Under the pieces are notes generated by a model. It was not told the DNA's origin. It searched no databases and saw only the letters and a list, made by a program, of their open reading frames with translations. Shown here in pieces: positions 18,768 to 28,161 of a DNA stretch of 64,000 nucleotides. This DNA is from Isoptericola halotolerans (GTDB taxonomy: Bacteria; Actinomycetota; Actinomycetes; Actinomycetales; Cellulomonadaceae): positions 124,001-188,000 of the forward strand of contig NZ_JABEZU010000004.1 in NCBI RefSeq assembly GCF_013149785.1, written 5' to 3'. Position 1 is the stretch's first letter, and each line of letters opens with the position of its first letter. The position numbers were made by a program, and so were the translations under genes.

Positions 18768-20357
18768 TCAGACACGCGCCGCGAGCGCAGCGATCTGGTC
18801 ACGGACAGCACGCTCATGCAGGTACGAGGAGTGGTCGCAACGCACGGGAAGGCTGATCGCACCACGGGCGGCGCTCGCCGAGGAGGCCGCGACCACGCGG
18901 TCGTTCTCCCCGTCGAACAGCCCGTGGAAGAAGCTCGGGGAGACGCCCCACGAGTCGTCGCCCTCGCCGTCCGGCGCCACCGCGCCGGCCGCCGCGACGA
19001 ACGACGGTCCCGGTGTCGCCCGCAGGCGCCCCAGACAGCTCGACCGCGGATGCATGTCCCGGATGCCCTCGGGCAGCTGGTGCCGCAGCTCGCGCAGCAC
19101 CGCCCGGGTCAGACCGTCGACCACCGGCCCGGCGCTCGCACGCAGTGCGGCGAGGCCCGCCGCCAGCCCGCGGCGGCCTCGCTCCGCCACACCGATCAGC
19201 GGGGTGCCGTCGAACGGCGCGCCGAGCGTGAGCGTCTCCACCGCGACGCCGTCGTCCGCGAGCAGGATGCCGGCGTCGCGCGCGACCAGGCCGCCACGGG
19301 AGTGCCCGACCAGCAGGACCGACGTCGCCCCGAGCCTCCCGACGCCGGCGACGAGCGCCTCCACGCTCTCCCAGATCGGCAGCCAGGTGTCGTGCTCGAA
19401 CCGCAGCACGGGCGCGGCGACCCCCGCGCCCCGGACTGCGGCCAGCACCGTCCCGGCCAACGGGATCGCACAGCCCATGGTGCCGTGCACGACGACGATC
19501 GCTCGACGGGCGGGGTCGGCGTCGTCCAGCTCTGGTGCCTCCACCACGACCTGCGGTTGGGCGCGACCGTGCAGCGCCAGCCGCGCGCCACGGCTCGGGT
19601 CGCGCGACCCGGTGAACGTCGTCGCGGACGAGCGCCCGAACAGCCTGCCCACCAGGTACCCGGCGCGCCCGAGGCGCGACATCCTGATCCGAACCCGTGG
19701 ATCGGAGGGGTCGGCCGTCTCGTCCCCGTCGGTCACCGCCGTCCCCGAGCCGGCGTAGGTGCGCCAGTCGATGCCGACCTCGACGTCGTGCGGGCCCTCC
19801 CACCCGCGGATCGTCGCGGTGTCGAGGGCGTCCCGGAGGAACGCGCCGTCGAGGTCGACGTCCTCGGTCAGGTCCAGGACCACCTCCGAGACGCCGGGCG
19901 GCAGCACCGCGACGAAGGCGTCCGGCGAGCGGACGGTGACCGCGCTCCGGCCCGACTCGAGGTCGCGCAACCGGGTCCACAACCATCCTTCGTGATCGTC
20001 GACGTCGAACCAGAGCTCGTCGGATCGCTCCGTGTCATCCGGTATCGAGGCCGACGTGAACCGACCACTCTCCAGGCGGGTGGAGCCGAGCGGGCTCCAT
20101 GTCTCAGGCGAGTCCCCGAGGACAACGTGCGAGGCGACCGCTTCCCGTGCGACACGTTCGGTCAGAGCCTCTGGCGGCTCACCAAACTCCGAGAACGTGC
20201 CGAGCTCACGGAGGATCCCGCCAGGTTCGCCGAGGAACCACTCCCGGTCCACCGCACCTGCGAGCACTCCTTCGCCGGGCATCCGAGACTCGTCCACGAG
20301 CCACAGCAGCGAGACGTCACGCCACTGCCCGTCGACCTGCGCGCTGATCCGGACCAT
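18768..20357 (-). CDS. Alpha/beta hydrolase (lipase-like) with unrecognised N-terminal region
   Basis: VVHGT oxyanion motif, GHSRGG nucleophile, TLGAPFDGT, NDRVV, DHSSY. Confidence 0.7.
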   Translation of the reverse strand: MVRISAQVDGQWRDVSLLWLVDESRMPGEGVLAGAVDREWFLGEPGGILRELGTFSEFGEPPEALTERVAREAVASHVVLGDSPETWSPLGSTRLESGRFTSASIPDDTERSDELWFDVDDHEGWLWTRLRDLESGRSAVTVRSPDAFVAVLPPGVSEVVLDLTEDVDLDGAFLRDALDTATIRGWEGPHDVEVGIDWRTYAGSGTAVTDGDETADPSDPRVRIRMSRLGRAGYLVGRLFGRSSATTFTGSRDPSRGARLALHGRAQPQVVVEAPELDDADPARRAIVVVHGTMGCAIPLAGTVLAAVRGAGVAAPVLRFEHDTWLPIWESVEALVAGVGRLGATSVLLVGHSRGGLVARDAGILLADDGVAVETLTLGAPFDGTPLIGVAERGRRGLAAGLAALRASAGPVVDGLTRAVLRELRHQLPEGIRDMHPRSSCLGRLRATPGPSFVAAAGAVAPDGEGDDSWGVSPSFFHGLFDGENDRVVAASSASAARGAISLPVRCDHSSYLHERAVRDQIAALAARV

Positions 20358-20465
20358 GGCGTCTCCTCAACGTCGGGGCCTGTCCCAGGTGTACTGCACG
20401 AGGCGAAGCCGCGCACCGAGCAGGGGCCGAGTTCACCCGGTCGGCGCTCCGGCATCATGACCCTC

Positions 20466-20888
20466 ATGGACGACGCCGCACGCTGCCCCTGCCCGACCGG
20501 CCTGCCGTACGGGGAGTGCTGCGGACCGCTGCACGCCGGCGCCCGGACGGCCGGGACCGCCGAGGCGCTCATGCGCTCGCGGTACGCCGCCTTCGCGGTG
20601 GGCGACACCCCCTACCTGCTGGCGACCTGGCACCCCTCCACCCGACCCTCGTCGCTGGAGCTGGACCCCGCGCAGCGGTGGCGCCGGCTCGACGTCCTGG
20701 CCACCCGCCGCGGCGGGCCGTTCGACGACGACGGCGAGGTCGAGTTCGTCGCGGTGTTCCGGATCGCGCCGGGGTCCGGCGAGGGGACGGCGGGGTCGGC
20801 GCAGGACGGGCGCGGCCGGCTGCACGAGGTGAGCCGGTTCGTGCGCGAGGGTGGCCGGTGGTTCTACGTGGACGGCGACGTCGGCTGA
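20466..20888 (+). CDS. YchJ-family (SEC-C/NTF2-like) protein
   Basis: CPC..G..Y..CC, AEALMRSRY.AF, HEVSRF, WFYVDG; alternative ATG at 20457. Confidence 0.9.
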   Translation: MDDAARCPCPTGLPYGECCGPLHAGARTAGTAEALMRSRYAAFAVGDTPYLLATWHPSTRPSSLELDPAQRWRRLDVLATRRGGPFDDDGEVEFVAVFRIAPGSGEGTAGSAQDGRGRLHEVSRFVREGGRWFYVDGDVG

Positions 20889-20912
20889 GCCGATCGGGAC
20901 CGTGAGGCCGCC

Positions 20913-21917
20913 TCAGTCCCGACCGTACGTCTGCTCGCCACGCCAGAAGACGACGAACCCGCCCACGAGGGACACGACCGCCCACACGACGCCGAAGGCC
21001 CACAGGACGGGCTCCTGGACGAAGGCCTCCTCGTCCATCAGTGCGGAGCGGCCCAGGTAGAGGTAGACGGCGACCGGCTGGAGCTCCAGGACGGGCGCCA
21101 CCCAGGACCCCACGGCGTCCGGCAGCCGCTCGGCGTAGTGCACCACCGGGAAGATGACGCCGGAGCCGTACATCACGAACCGCAGGACGAACGGGATGAC
21201 GTTGTTCAGGTCGGGCATGACGGCGGCCAGGCGAGCCATGACGAACGCGACCCCCAGGGTGAACGTGCCCAGCAGCGCCACGGCGGGCAGGAGCAGGAGC
21301 CACTGCGGCGTGACCCGCACCGGGTCGACGCCGGGCAGCAGACCGGAGCCCAGCACCACCAGGCACATGACGCCCAGCGCCGGTGCGAGCGTCGCCAGGT
21401 GCGACGTGACGTTCGCGATCGGCAGGACGGCGCGGGGGAACCGCAGCGACCGCAGCAGGTCGACCCGGCGAGCGATCGACTGGGCACCGCCGTGGACGGA
21501 CTGCTCCACGAACCGGAAGAGGAACACCCCGATCACGATGAAGGCGACGGTGTTCTCCACCCCGCGGCCCGTCCGCAGGATGATGCCGAAGATCAGCACG
21601 TAGACGGTGGCGTTGAGGACTGGGTTGAGCAGCGCCCAGAGCTGGCCCAGATAGGTGTGCTGGTTCCGGGAGTAGGCGGTGGCCGTGCCGAGGACGCGGA
21701 TGAACGCGGCGCGGGACAGCACGTCTCGGGTGTAGGCCCACAGCGACGGGCGCACCCCGACCGGCCGCAGGCCGTGCCGGCGGGCGAGCTCCTGGCGCTG
21801 CGCCGAGGTCAGGGTGGGCACGAGCGGTGGCGGCGGGTCGAGGGTCTCGGCCGACGGCTCGAGGGTCTCGGCCGGCCGCTCGAGGGTCTCGGCCGGCCGC
21901 TCGAGGGTGCGGGTCAT
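20913..21917 (-). CDS. ABC-2 type permease (Wzm/TagG-like)
   Basis: LGQLWALLNP, FPRAVLP, YGSGVIFP; about 6 TM helices. Confidence 0.85.
   Translation of the reverse strand: MTRTLERPAETLERPAETLEPSAETLDPPPPLVPTLTSAQRQELARRHGLRPVGVRPSLWAYTRDVLSRAAFIRVLGTATAYSRNQHTYLGQLWALLNPVLNATVYVLIFGIILRTGRGVENTVAFIVIGVFLFRFVEQSVHGGAQSIARRVDLLRSLRFPRAVLPIANVTSHLATLAPALGVMCLVVLGSGLLPGVDPVRVTPQWLLLLPAVALLGTFTLGVAFVMARLAAVMPDLNNVIPFVLRFVMYGSGVIFPVVHYAERLPDAVGSWVAPVLELQPVAVYLYLGRSALMDEEAFVQEPVLWAFGVVWAVVSLVGGFVVFWRGEQTYGRD
21838..21908. repeat. In-frame 21-bp tandem repeat (about 3.4 copies) at the 5' end of the permease
   Basis: TCGAGGGTCTCGGCCGGCCGC units encoding LERPAET/LEPSAET. Confidence 0.85.
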
Positions 21918-22090
21918 GCGGCGACGGTATCAGAACTCCTATTTAATTGATCGGCTTTATTGTCTATGACCGGCCGGGCACCGACGCCGCTCCCGGGTGG
22001 GTAGTTCTCTCCATGGACATCGCTTCCGCGCCGGTCGCCGAGTCGATACGGTCGACGTCAAGCCACCGACGACTTCAAGGGGACACCTCT

Positions 22091-24046
22091 GTGACCGACC
22101 AACCGACGCCACCGCAGCAACCGCAGTTCGGCCCGCCGACGCCGGCGGCCCCGGGCCCGGTCCCGCCGACCGGCGCCGACCCGCATGCCACCGTCCCCGG
22201 CCTCACCCCGGAGCCCCCGCGCCGGTCGCGCAAGGGGCTCGTGATCGGCGGCTCCATCGCCGCCGGGCTCCTCGTCCTCGGTGGCGCCGGCGCGGCCGCC
22301 TACGCCCTGCTCGACGGCGGCGGCGACCAGCCGGAGGCGGCTCTGCCCGCGGCCACGGCCGCCTACCTGCGCGTCGACCTCGACCCGTCCGCGCAGCAGA
22401 AGATCAACCTGCTGCGCCTGGCCGACCGGCTGCCGGACCTCAGCGAGGACCTGGGCGTCGAGATCTCCGAGGACTCCGACCTCAAGAAGGTCCTCGCCGA
22501 GGCGATCACCGCCAGCGGCGAGTGCGAGATCGACTACGACGAGCAGGTCGCGCCCTGGATCGGTGACCGCGGTGCGCTCGCCGCCGTCCCGGACGCCGAC
22601 GGCGAGCCGCAGCCCGTCGGCGTGCTGGCCGTCACCGACGAGTCGGCCGCCCGCACCGCGATCGAGTCCGGCCTGGGGTGCGGCGAGACGCTGGACGCGA
22701 GCCAGGTCGCGTTCACCGCGGGGTACGTGGTCGTCACCGACGAGCTGGCCGCCGCCGACGTCGTCGCCGACGCCGAGGAGAGCTCCCTCGCCGACTCCGA
22801 GGCCTTCACGGCGGACATGGACGCGCTCGGCGACGCCGGGCTGGTGTCCTTCTGGGCCGACGCCGAGGCCATCATCGACTGGTCGCTCGCCAGCACCCCC
22901 GAGCTCACCGACGGCACGCTGCCCGACGAGTACCTCGACCAGCTGGACGGCTACACCACCATGGTCGGCGCGCTGCGCGCCAACCCCGACGGCATCGAGC
23001 TGGAGTTCCTCTCCGCCGGCGACGAGGCGACCCTCGCGCCGTACCGGGCGACCGGCGACTCGGTGACGGCCGCCCTGCCCGAGACGACGCTGGGCGCCTT
23101 CTCCGCGTCCGTCGCTCCCGGCGCCGTCGACGACGCGTGGGAGCAGTTCCGCGAGCTGTACGACTCCATGGCCGCCCTCGGCGGCGGGCTCGGCGGCGGC
23201 ACGCTGATGTCGAGCACCGGGCCCGGCATCACCGCGCCCACCACCGTCGTGGACACCGACGTCGACCCGATGTACGACTACTGCCTGGACGCCGCCGAGG
23301 ACATCTACGGCGTGAGCGGCGAGACTGCCACGGCCGACGAGCAGGCGCTGCTCGACATCTTCATGGAGGCCTGCACGGGCGTGTCGACCGACGAGTCGGC
23401 GACCGCCACCGACGATGCCGCGACGGATGAGCTGTGGGCCGACGACACCGCGACGGATGACCTGTGGGCGGACGACTCGTGGGGCGCCGACCCGTACGGA
23501 CAGCCCGACTTCGACGGCATGATCGCGCTGCTCGAGACCGAGTACGACATCCGCCTGCCCGCCGACCTGAGCACGCTGTTCGGCGAGCAGATCGCTGTCG
23601 CCGTCGACTCCCGCGGTCTCGACTCGCTCGACACGGTCCAGGGCATCGACGACGTCTCCGTGGGCGTGCGCACCGTCGGGGACACCGACGCGCTGCAGGA
23701 CCTCGCTGACCGGATCGACCGCCTGGTCGTCGAGTCCGGGATGGACCCGCTGGCGACCTCGCCCGCCGACGACGGCTTCGTCTTCGCCACGAACGACGCC
23801 TACGCCTCCGAGCTCGCCGGCGACGGCGGCCTGGGCTCGACGGACGTGTACCGCAGCGTCGTCACGGCCGAGGACGCGAGCAGCGTGCTGTACGTCGACC
23901 TCGACCAGCTCACCGACGTGCTGCGGCCCGTCCTCGAGTCGGAGCCGGAGGCCCTCGGCTACCTCGAGCCGTTCCGTGCGGTGGCGATGACCACCAGCGC
24001 CGACGACACGCACGCAAAGGCGACGTTCCGCGTCAGCTTCGACTGA
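22091..24046 (+). CDS. Membrane-anchored acidic protein (DUF3352-like)
   Basis: Pro-rich N-terminus, single TM helix, QPEAALPA...YLRVDLDPS..QK, PWIGDR motifs. Confidence 0.6.
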   Translation: MTDQPTPPQQPQFGPPTPAAPGPVPPTGADPHATVPGLTPEPPRRSRKGLVIGGSIAAGLLVLGGAGAAAYALLDGGGDQPEAALPAATAAYLRVDLDPSAQQKINLLRLADRLPDLSEDLGVEISEDSDLKKVLAEAITASGECEIDYDEQVAPWIGDRGALAAVPDADGEPQPVGVLAVTDESAARTAIESGLGCGETLDASQVAFTAGYVVVTDELAAADVVADAEESSLADSEAFTADMDALGDAGLVSFWADAEAIIDWSLASTPELTDGTLPDEYLDQLDGYTTMVGALRANPDGIELEFLSAGDEATLAPYRATGDSVTAALPETTLGAFSASVAPGAVDDAWEQFRELYDSMAALGGGLGGGTLMSSTGPGITAPTTVVDTDVDPMYDYCLDAAEDIYGVSGETATADEQALLDIFMEACTGVSTDESATATDDAATDELWADDTATDDLWADDSWGADPYGQPDFDGMIALLETEYDIRLPADLSTLFGEQIAVAVDSRGLDSLDTVQGIDDVSVGVRTVGDTDALQDLADRIDRLVVESGMDPLATSPADDGFVFATNDAYASELAGDGGLGSTDVYRSVVTAEDASSVLYVDLDQLTDVLRPVLESEPEALGYLEPFRAVAMTTSADDTHAKATFRVSFD

Positions 24047-24061
24047 CGTCCGTCTCGACGG

Positions 24062-24098
24062 CTGTGGGGCGGGGTCTCGACGAGGCCCCGCCCCACAG
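24062..24098 (+). terminator. GC-rich stem-loop after the DUF3352-like gene
   Basis: CTGTGGGGCGGGGTCTC-GAC-GAGGCCCCGCCCCACAG. Confidence 0.7.
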
Positions 24099-24126
24099 TC
24101 TTGTGCAGCTGCGGGACACTGGTCCC

Positions 24127-25506
24127 ATGGGCCGAGCCCTGGAGACCGACTACCTCGTCATCGGCGCGGGCGCCGCCGGGATGGCGTTCACCGACGCCGT
24201 GCTGGACCACAGCGACGCGCACGTCACGCTCGTCGACCGCCGTGACGCCGTCGGCGGCCACTGGCGCGACGCGTACCCGTTCGTCCGGCTGCACCAGGCG
24301 TCGCCGTTCTACGGGGTGGCGTCCACGCCGTTCGGCGGGGCGCTCCAGACCTCCGGCCCGGAGGCCGGCCTGCACGAGCGCGCCACCGGCGCCGAGGTCT
24401 GCGCCTACTACGAGCGCGTGCTGCACGAGCGGTTCGAGCCCAGCGGGCGGTTCACGTTCCTCGGGGGCCACGACGTGTCCGACGGCGGACGGGTGGTCGC
24501 GCTCGGTTCCGGCGCCGAGCGGGAGGTCCGTGTCCGACGGCGCGTCGTCGACGCGCGGTACCTGTCGCCGCGCATCCCCGCGCTGGAACCGCCACCCTTC
24601 GAGGTGTCCGACGACGTCACCTGCGTCCCCGTGGGCGAGCTGCCGTTCGTGGCGGAGTCGGCCCGGTCGTTCGTGGTGGTCGGGTCGGGGAAGACCGCGA
24701 CCGATGCGATCGTCTGGCTGCTCGGGCGCGGGGTGTCGCCGGAGGAGGTCTGCTGGGTGCGGCCGCGCGATCCGTGGATGCTCGACCGCGCCGTCGTGCA
24801 GCCGGACCCGGCGGTGTTCCTCTCCATGGCGGCGTCCCTGATGGAGGCGGGGGCCGCGGCGGCGTCGGTGGACGAGTTCTTCCTGCGGCTCGAAGATGAC
24901 GGCGTGATGCTGCGCCTCGACCCGGGTGTGGTGCCCACCATGGCGCGCGTGCCGACGCTGGCGCGGTGGGAGCTCGAGCTGCTGCGGACGGTGGAGAACG
25001 TGGTGCGGCGCGGGCACGTGCGTCGGGTGTCGCCGGGACGTGTGCTGCTCGACGGCGGGGACGTGCGGGTCGGTGCGGGCGCCGTCGTCGTCCACTGTGC
25101 TGCGCCGGGGCTGCGGCGTCGGGCCGCGCTGCCGATCTGGTCGGCCGGACGGATGGTGCTGCAACCCGTGCGCGCCGGGTTCCCGTGCTTCGGGGCGGCG
25201 CTGGTGGGGTATGTCGAGGCGACACGGCCGTCGTGGAGCGAGGCGGACTTGAATGCGCTGTGCCCGGCGACGCCGTACTTCTCGACGCCGGCCGAGTGGG
25301 TGGGGATACAGGCGGCCGGGGCGCGTGCTGTGGGAGCCTTCATGGCGGCTCCGGACGTGGCCGAATGGTCCCACTCGACGCCGCTCAACCCGACACGACT
25401 GACCGCTGGCGATCGCGAGCGGGACGAGGTGCGCGAGGCCATCGGGAGGTTGAAGGCGACCTCGGAGGCCGGGGTGCGGGGGATGGTGCGGCTCGGCCGG
25501 GCTTGA
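24127..25506 (+). CDS. FAD/NAD(P)-dependent oxidoreductase
   Basis: GAGAAG, GGHW..AYPFVRLHQ, second Rossmann motif GSGKTA.D. Confidence 0.82.
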   Translation: MGRALETDYLVIGAGAAGMAFTDAVLDHSDAHVTLVDRRDAVGGHWRDAYPFVRLHQASPFYGVASTPFGGALQTSGPEAGLHERATGAEVCAYYERVLHERFEPSGRFTFLGGHDVSDGGRVVALGSGAEREVRVRRRVVDARYLSPRIPALEPPPFEVSDDVTCVPVGELPFVAESARSFVVVGSGKTATDAIVWLLGRGVSPEEVCWVRPRDPWMLDRAVVQPDPAVFLSMAASLMEAGAAAASVDEFFLRLEDDGVMLRLDPGVVPTMARVPTLARWELELLRTVENVVRRGHVRRVSPGRVLLDGGDVRVGAGAVVVHCAAPGLRRRAALPIWSAGRMVLQPVRAGFPCFGAALVGYVEATRPSWSEADLNALCPATPYFSTPAEWVGIQAAGARAVGAFMAAPDVAEWSHSTPLNPTRLTAGDRERDEVREAIGRLKATSEAGVRGMVRLGRA

Positions 25507-25526
25507 GGAGCGAGGCCGGCAACTGC

Positions 25527-25614
25527 TGCGGATTGGCGAGAATCGGCGTGCAGAACGGCGAGACCAAGTATGCAGATCGGCGAGAAGAAGCGTGCAGATT
25601 GGCGAGAACATGGA
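25527..25614 (+). repeat. Four direct repeats with 22-bp period at the left edge of the defence island
   Basis: Consensus TGCAGATTGGCGAGAA-N6; units start at 25527, 25549, 25571 and 25593. Confidence 0.85.
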
Positions 25615-25835
25615 TGACCTGGCGGTGGCGCGAGACTTCAGCTAAACCGTCGAGGAACTGAGCGGGGTTCCCACGCTCGTGTCGAGAGACGCGCGGCGAC
25701 GCATCGCCCTCCTACACCCGTTCGAGCGGAACGGCGGTGGCCGAGCTCTCGACGTTCGCGCGGTTGCGCCACAGGTCGGGTTCGACCCGACCTTCAACCT
25801 GATCCGCAGTCCCATGCGGGCAACGGCTCGACTCC

Positions 25836-26306
25836 TCAGTGGAACGCGATGGAACTCGGGCCTGAGGGCTTGCGGCTCCGCTCTGCGACGGTCATGGCGA
25901 CCCGGTCCGCCGCCTCTTGAGGACGCTCATGCTCCCACACACGGATGACCGCCCAGCCAGCCGCTTCCAGCACCGCATCGGTGTCCGCGTCCCGGGCGCG
26001 GTTGGCCGCGAGCTTGCCTACCCACCACTCGCTGTTCGCGGACGGCTCGGTGCCGTGGCCCGGGCAGCCATGCCAGAAGCATCCATCGACGAAGACTGCG
26101 ACCCTGGCACGGGTGAAGGCGATGTCGATCGTCCGACGCCTCTGCCCAGGCACAGGCCACGCCACCCGGTAGCGCAGGCCTCGAGCATGCAGCACCCGAC
26201 GCAGCGCGACCTCAGGTGCAGTGTCCTTGCGCTTCGCCCTGCTCATCCGCAGACTGACCTGCCTCGACGAGGCACCCGGATGCGGCGGGACATGCTGCGG
26301 CTTCAT
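25836..26306 (-). CDS. vsr: Very short patch repair endonuclease
   Basis: DTAPEVALRR.LHARGLRYR, VFVDGCFWHGCP.H, N.ARD, GW.VIRVWEHE; next to a C5 methyltransferase. Confidence 0.93.
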   Translation of the reverse strand: MKPQHVPPHPGASSRQVSLRMSRAKRKDTAPEVALRRVLHARGLRYRVAWPVPGQRRRTIDIAFTRARVAVFVDGCFWHGCPGHGTEPSANSEWWVGKLAANRARDADTDAVLEAAGWAVIRVWEHERPQEAADRVAMTVAERSRKPSGPSSIAFH

Positions 26307-26319
26307 GGCGTTGGGGCGA

Positions 26320-27729
26320 TCAGAGCAGCCGCTTGTGCGCGGCCTGCTCTCTGTACCGACGCTGACCAGCGGCTACCACCATCTCGAGCCTGTCGTCGGG
26401 TGTCTTGGGCGCGTCGGTGACGATCGCTCGGTAGAGCGCGCGTCCCGTCTCTGAGCGCTCCAGGATCGCTTTGTCGCGCTCAGCGTGTGCGCGCAGCACG
26501 TTCCATACCGCCCCGACGCTGACGCCGTTCCCAAGCTGCTTGTACGTCTGGGCTGCGGGCTGGCCGCCGAAGTCGAAGTTGTCCGGGAGACCTTGAAGCC
26601 TCGCCGCCTCACGCCACGCCAACCGGCGCCTAAGCGGACCCAGCACTGAGGTCTGGGTGATTGCGACGAGCGCCGGCAGGTGCGTCATCCGCTTCGCCCG
26701 GATTCCGGACGGCCTGAGTTGCATCGCGCAGTCCCACAACCGGGGTGTCTGTTGCGCCTGCCACTCGAGCTTGCGCCGCGACGGCGGGAACTCCTTGACA
26801 GGCCAGTTGTTCAGCCAGGCATCGAGTGCAACCCGGTGCTTCGTGTAGAACTCGGCGTTCTTCCGGAGGAAGTTCTCCTTCCACCGTGGCGTCCCCTCAG
26901 GGATCTCCAACGACGCGGCATCGACCCACGCGTCCACCCAGATGGGGAACCCGGGGAGCCTAGCCCCGTCACCGTCGGTGCGCCGGACCTCTGCCCACAT
27001 GAGCTCCACGAAGTCGTTCCAAGCATCGATCCATTGAGTCTCCGCGGCCGAGAGCTCCAGATCCGGGGCGGCCTCGACGTCCCCCAGTGGAAGGTCGGTC
27101 GTCAGCAGCCACTCCTCGTCGCCTCGCTGCGAGATGTTCTCGATGACCGCAGGGACGCCGTCGGCTTCGCAGGCACTGTCCGGGTCGTACGTCGCCGTGA
27201 TGAAGACGCGCTCTCGCACCTGAGGCCTGCCCCCTCGCTCGATCGGCAGCAGGTGCGGCGAGAACACTGTCGGCTTCGCGGACACACGGTAGCCAGCGTC
27301 ACGCAGCTCCCGGATGATGACGTCCCACTCGTGGCCGTGTCGGGGCCCAGCGAGGTTCCGCACGTTCTCCAGGAGGACAACCGTGGGGCGGTGCTCGTGG
27401 ATGATCCTCAGGATGTTCCAGAACAGAGTGCCGCGGGTCTCCTCCATCCCACGCTGGGCACCAGACTTGGAGAAGGGCTGACAGGGGAATCCGGCTGCGA
27501 GCAGGTCGTGCGGGGGGATGCTGACGACCTCATCGTTGGCGTCCTTGGTGATGTCACCGAGGGGCGAGTGACCCCAGTTCCGTTCATAGACCGCGGCAGC
27601 AGCAGGGTCGATCTCAACCGAGTACACACACTCGCCGCCGAACGCCTCGAGGGCCGCAGCGAAACCGCCGATGCCGGCGAAGAGGTCGATGTACCGGAAC
27701 GATCGTCCTGCGGACACGTGGGCTCCCAT
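26320..27729 (-). CDS. DNA (cytosine-5) methyltransferase, M.AluI-like (predicted AGCT)
   Basis: DLFAGIGGF, GFPCQPFS, ENV, QVRERVF, RLQGLP, KQLGNGV; TRD segment RRKLEWQAQ..PRLWD..M..RPSGIRAKR...LPALVAITQTS matches M.AluI as I recall it (not searched). Confidence 0.93.
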   Translation of the reverse strand: MGAHVSAGRSFRYIDLFAGIGGFAAALEAFGGECVYSVEIDPAAAAVYERNWGHSPLGDITKDANDEVVSIPPHDLLAAGFPCQPFSKSGAQRGMEETRGTLFWNILRIIHEHRPTVVLLENVRNLAGPRHGHEWDVIIRELRDAGYRVSAKPTVFSPHLLPIERGGRPQVRERVFITATYDPDSACEADGVPAVIENISQRGDEEWLLTTDLPLGDVEAAPDLELSAAETQWIDAWNDFVELMWAEVRRTDGDGARLPGFPIWVDAWVDAASLEIPEGTPRWKENFLRKNAEFYTKHRVALDAWLNNWPVKEFPPSRRKLEWQAQQTPRLWDCAMQLRPSGIRAKRMTHLPALVAITQTSVLGPLRRRLAWREAARLQGLPDNFDFGGQPAAQTYKQLGNGVSVGAVWNVLRAHAERDKAILERSETGRALYRAIVTDAPKTPDDRLEMVVAAGQRRYREQAAHKRLL

Positions 27730-28161
27730 GAGGACAGCTTGCCAGCTCGAACGCATGTGCGCAAGGGGCACCGCCGAGCCTGTGGAAAGAGCGGTCCATC
27801 GTACCGCGGCCACCGGTGCGAGCGGGGCGTCGCCGAAAAGCCACGCTGTCGAACCCATGCCGGGCGGGTCGCTGCCCGCCCGTCGGCAGTTGCGCTTGAA
27901 CCGGGCAGCCACCTCCTCGATCGACACCTGTCGGCTGACCCGGCTTAGGCCACGCAACTCCGCGGTCGCGGCCCAAGTCAGGTTCATCACGACCGCACGC
28001 CGCTACCGCACCACCTGGGCCAAGACCGGAGCCCAGACTCTGCCCATCCGCAGAGCCCCTACCCGACTACCTCCGCGAAGCCCTCGACAAGATCGATCAG
28101 GCCGCCCGCTGAAGGGGACGCCACGATGGCCCAAGTCGGGCCCGGCTCGAGGCGATGCGCC

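Noticed and set aside
18582..20888. Apparent long N-terminal extensions or fusions (also 31676-33262, 34624-35826, 43509-45479, 53436-54992)
   Set aside because: The upstream parts overlap other real genes; true starts are downstream and supported by RBS, -10 or ATGA coupling.
25527..25614. Possible mini-CRISPR array
   Set aside because: Repeats are 16 bp with only 6-bp variable parts, and no cas genes are present; kept as a direct-repeat array.
25773..25793. GGTTCGACCC hairpin resembling a tRNA T-arm / att site
   Set aside because: Only a 9-bp stem with a 3-nt loop; no cloverleaf, CCA end or second copy at the other island edge.
27730..28161. Possible controller (C) protein between R and M
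   Set aside because: No ORF with an HTH-like signature; treated as intergenic or promoter sequence.
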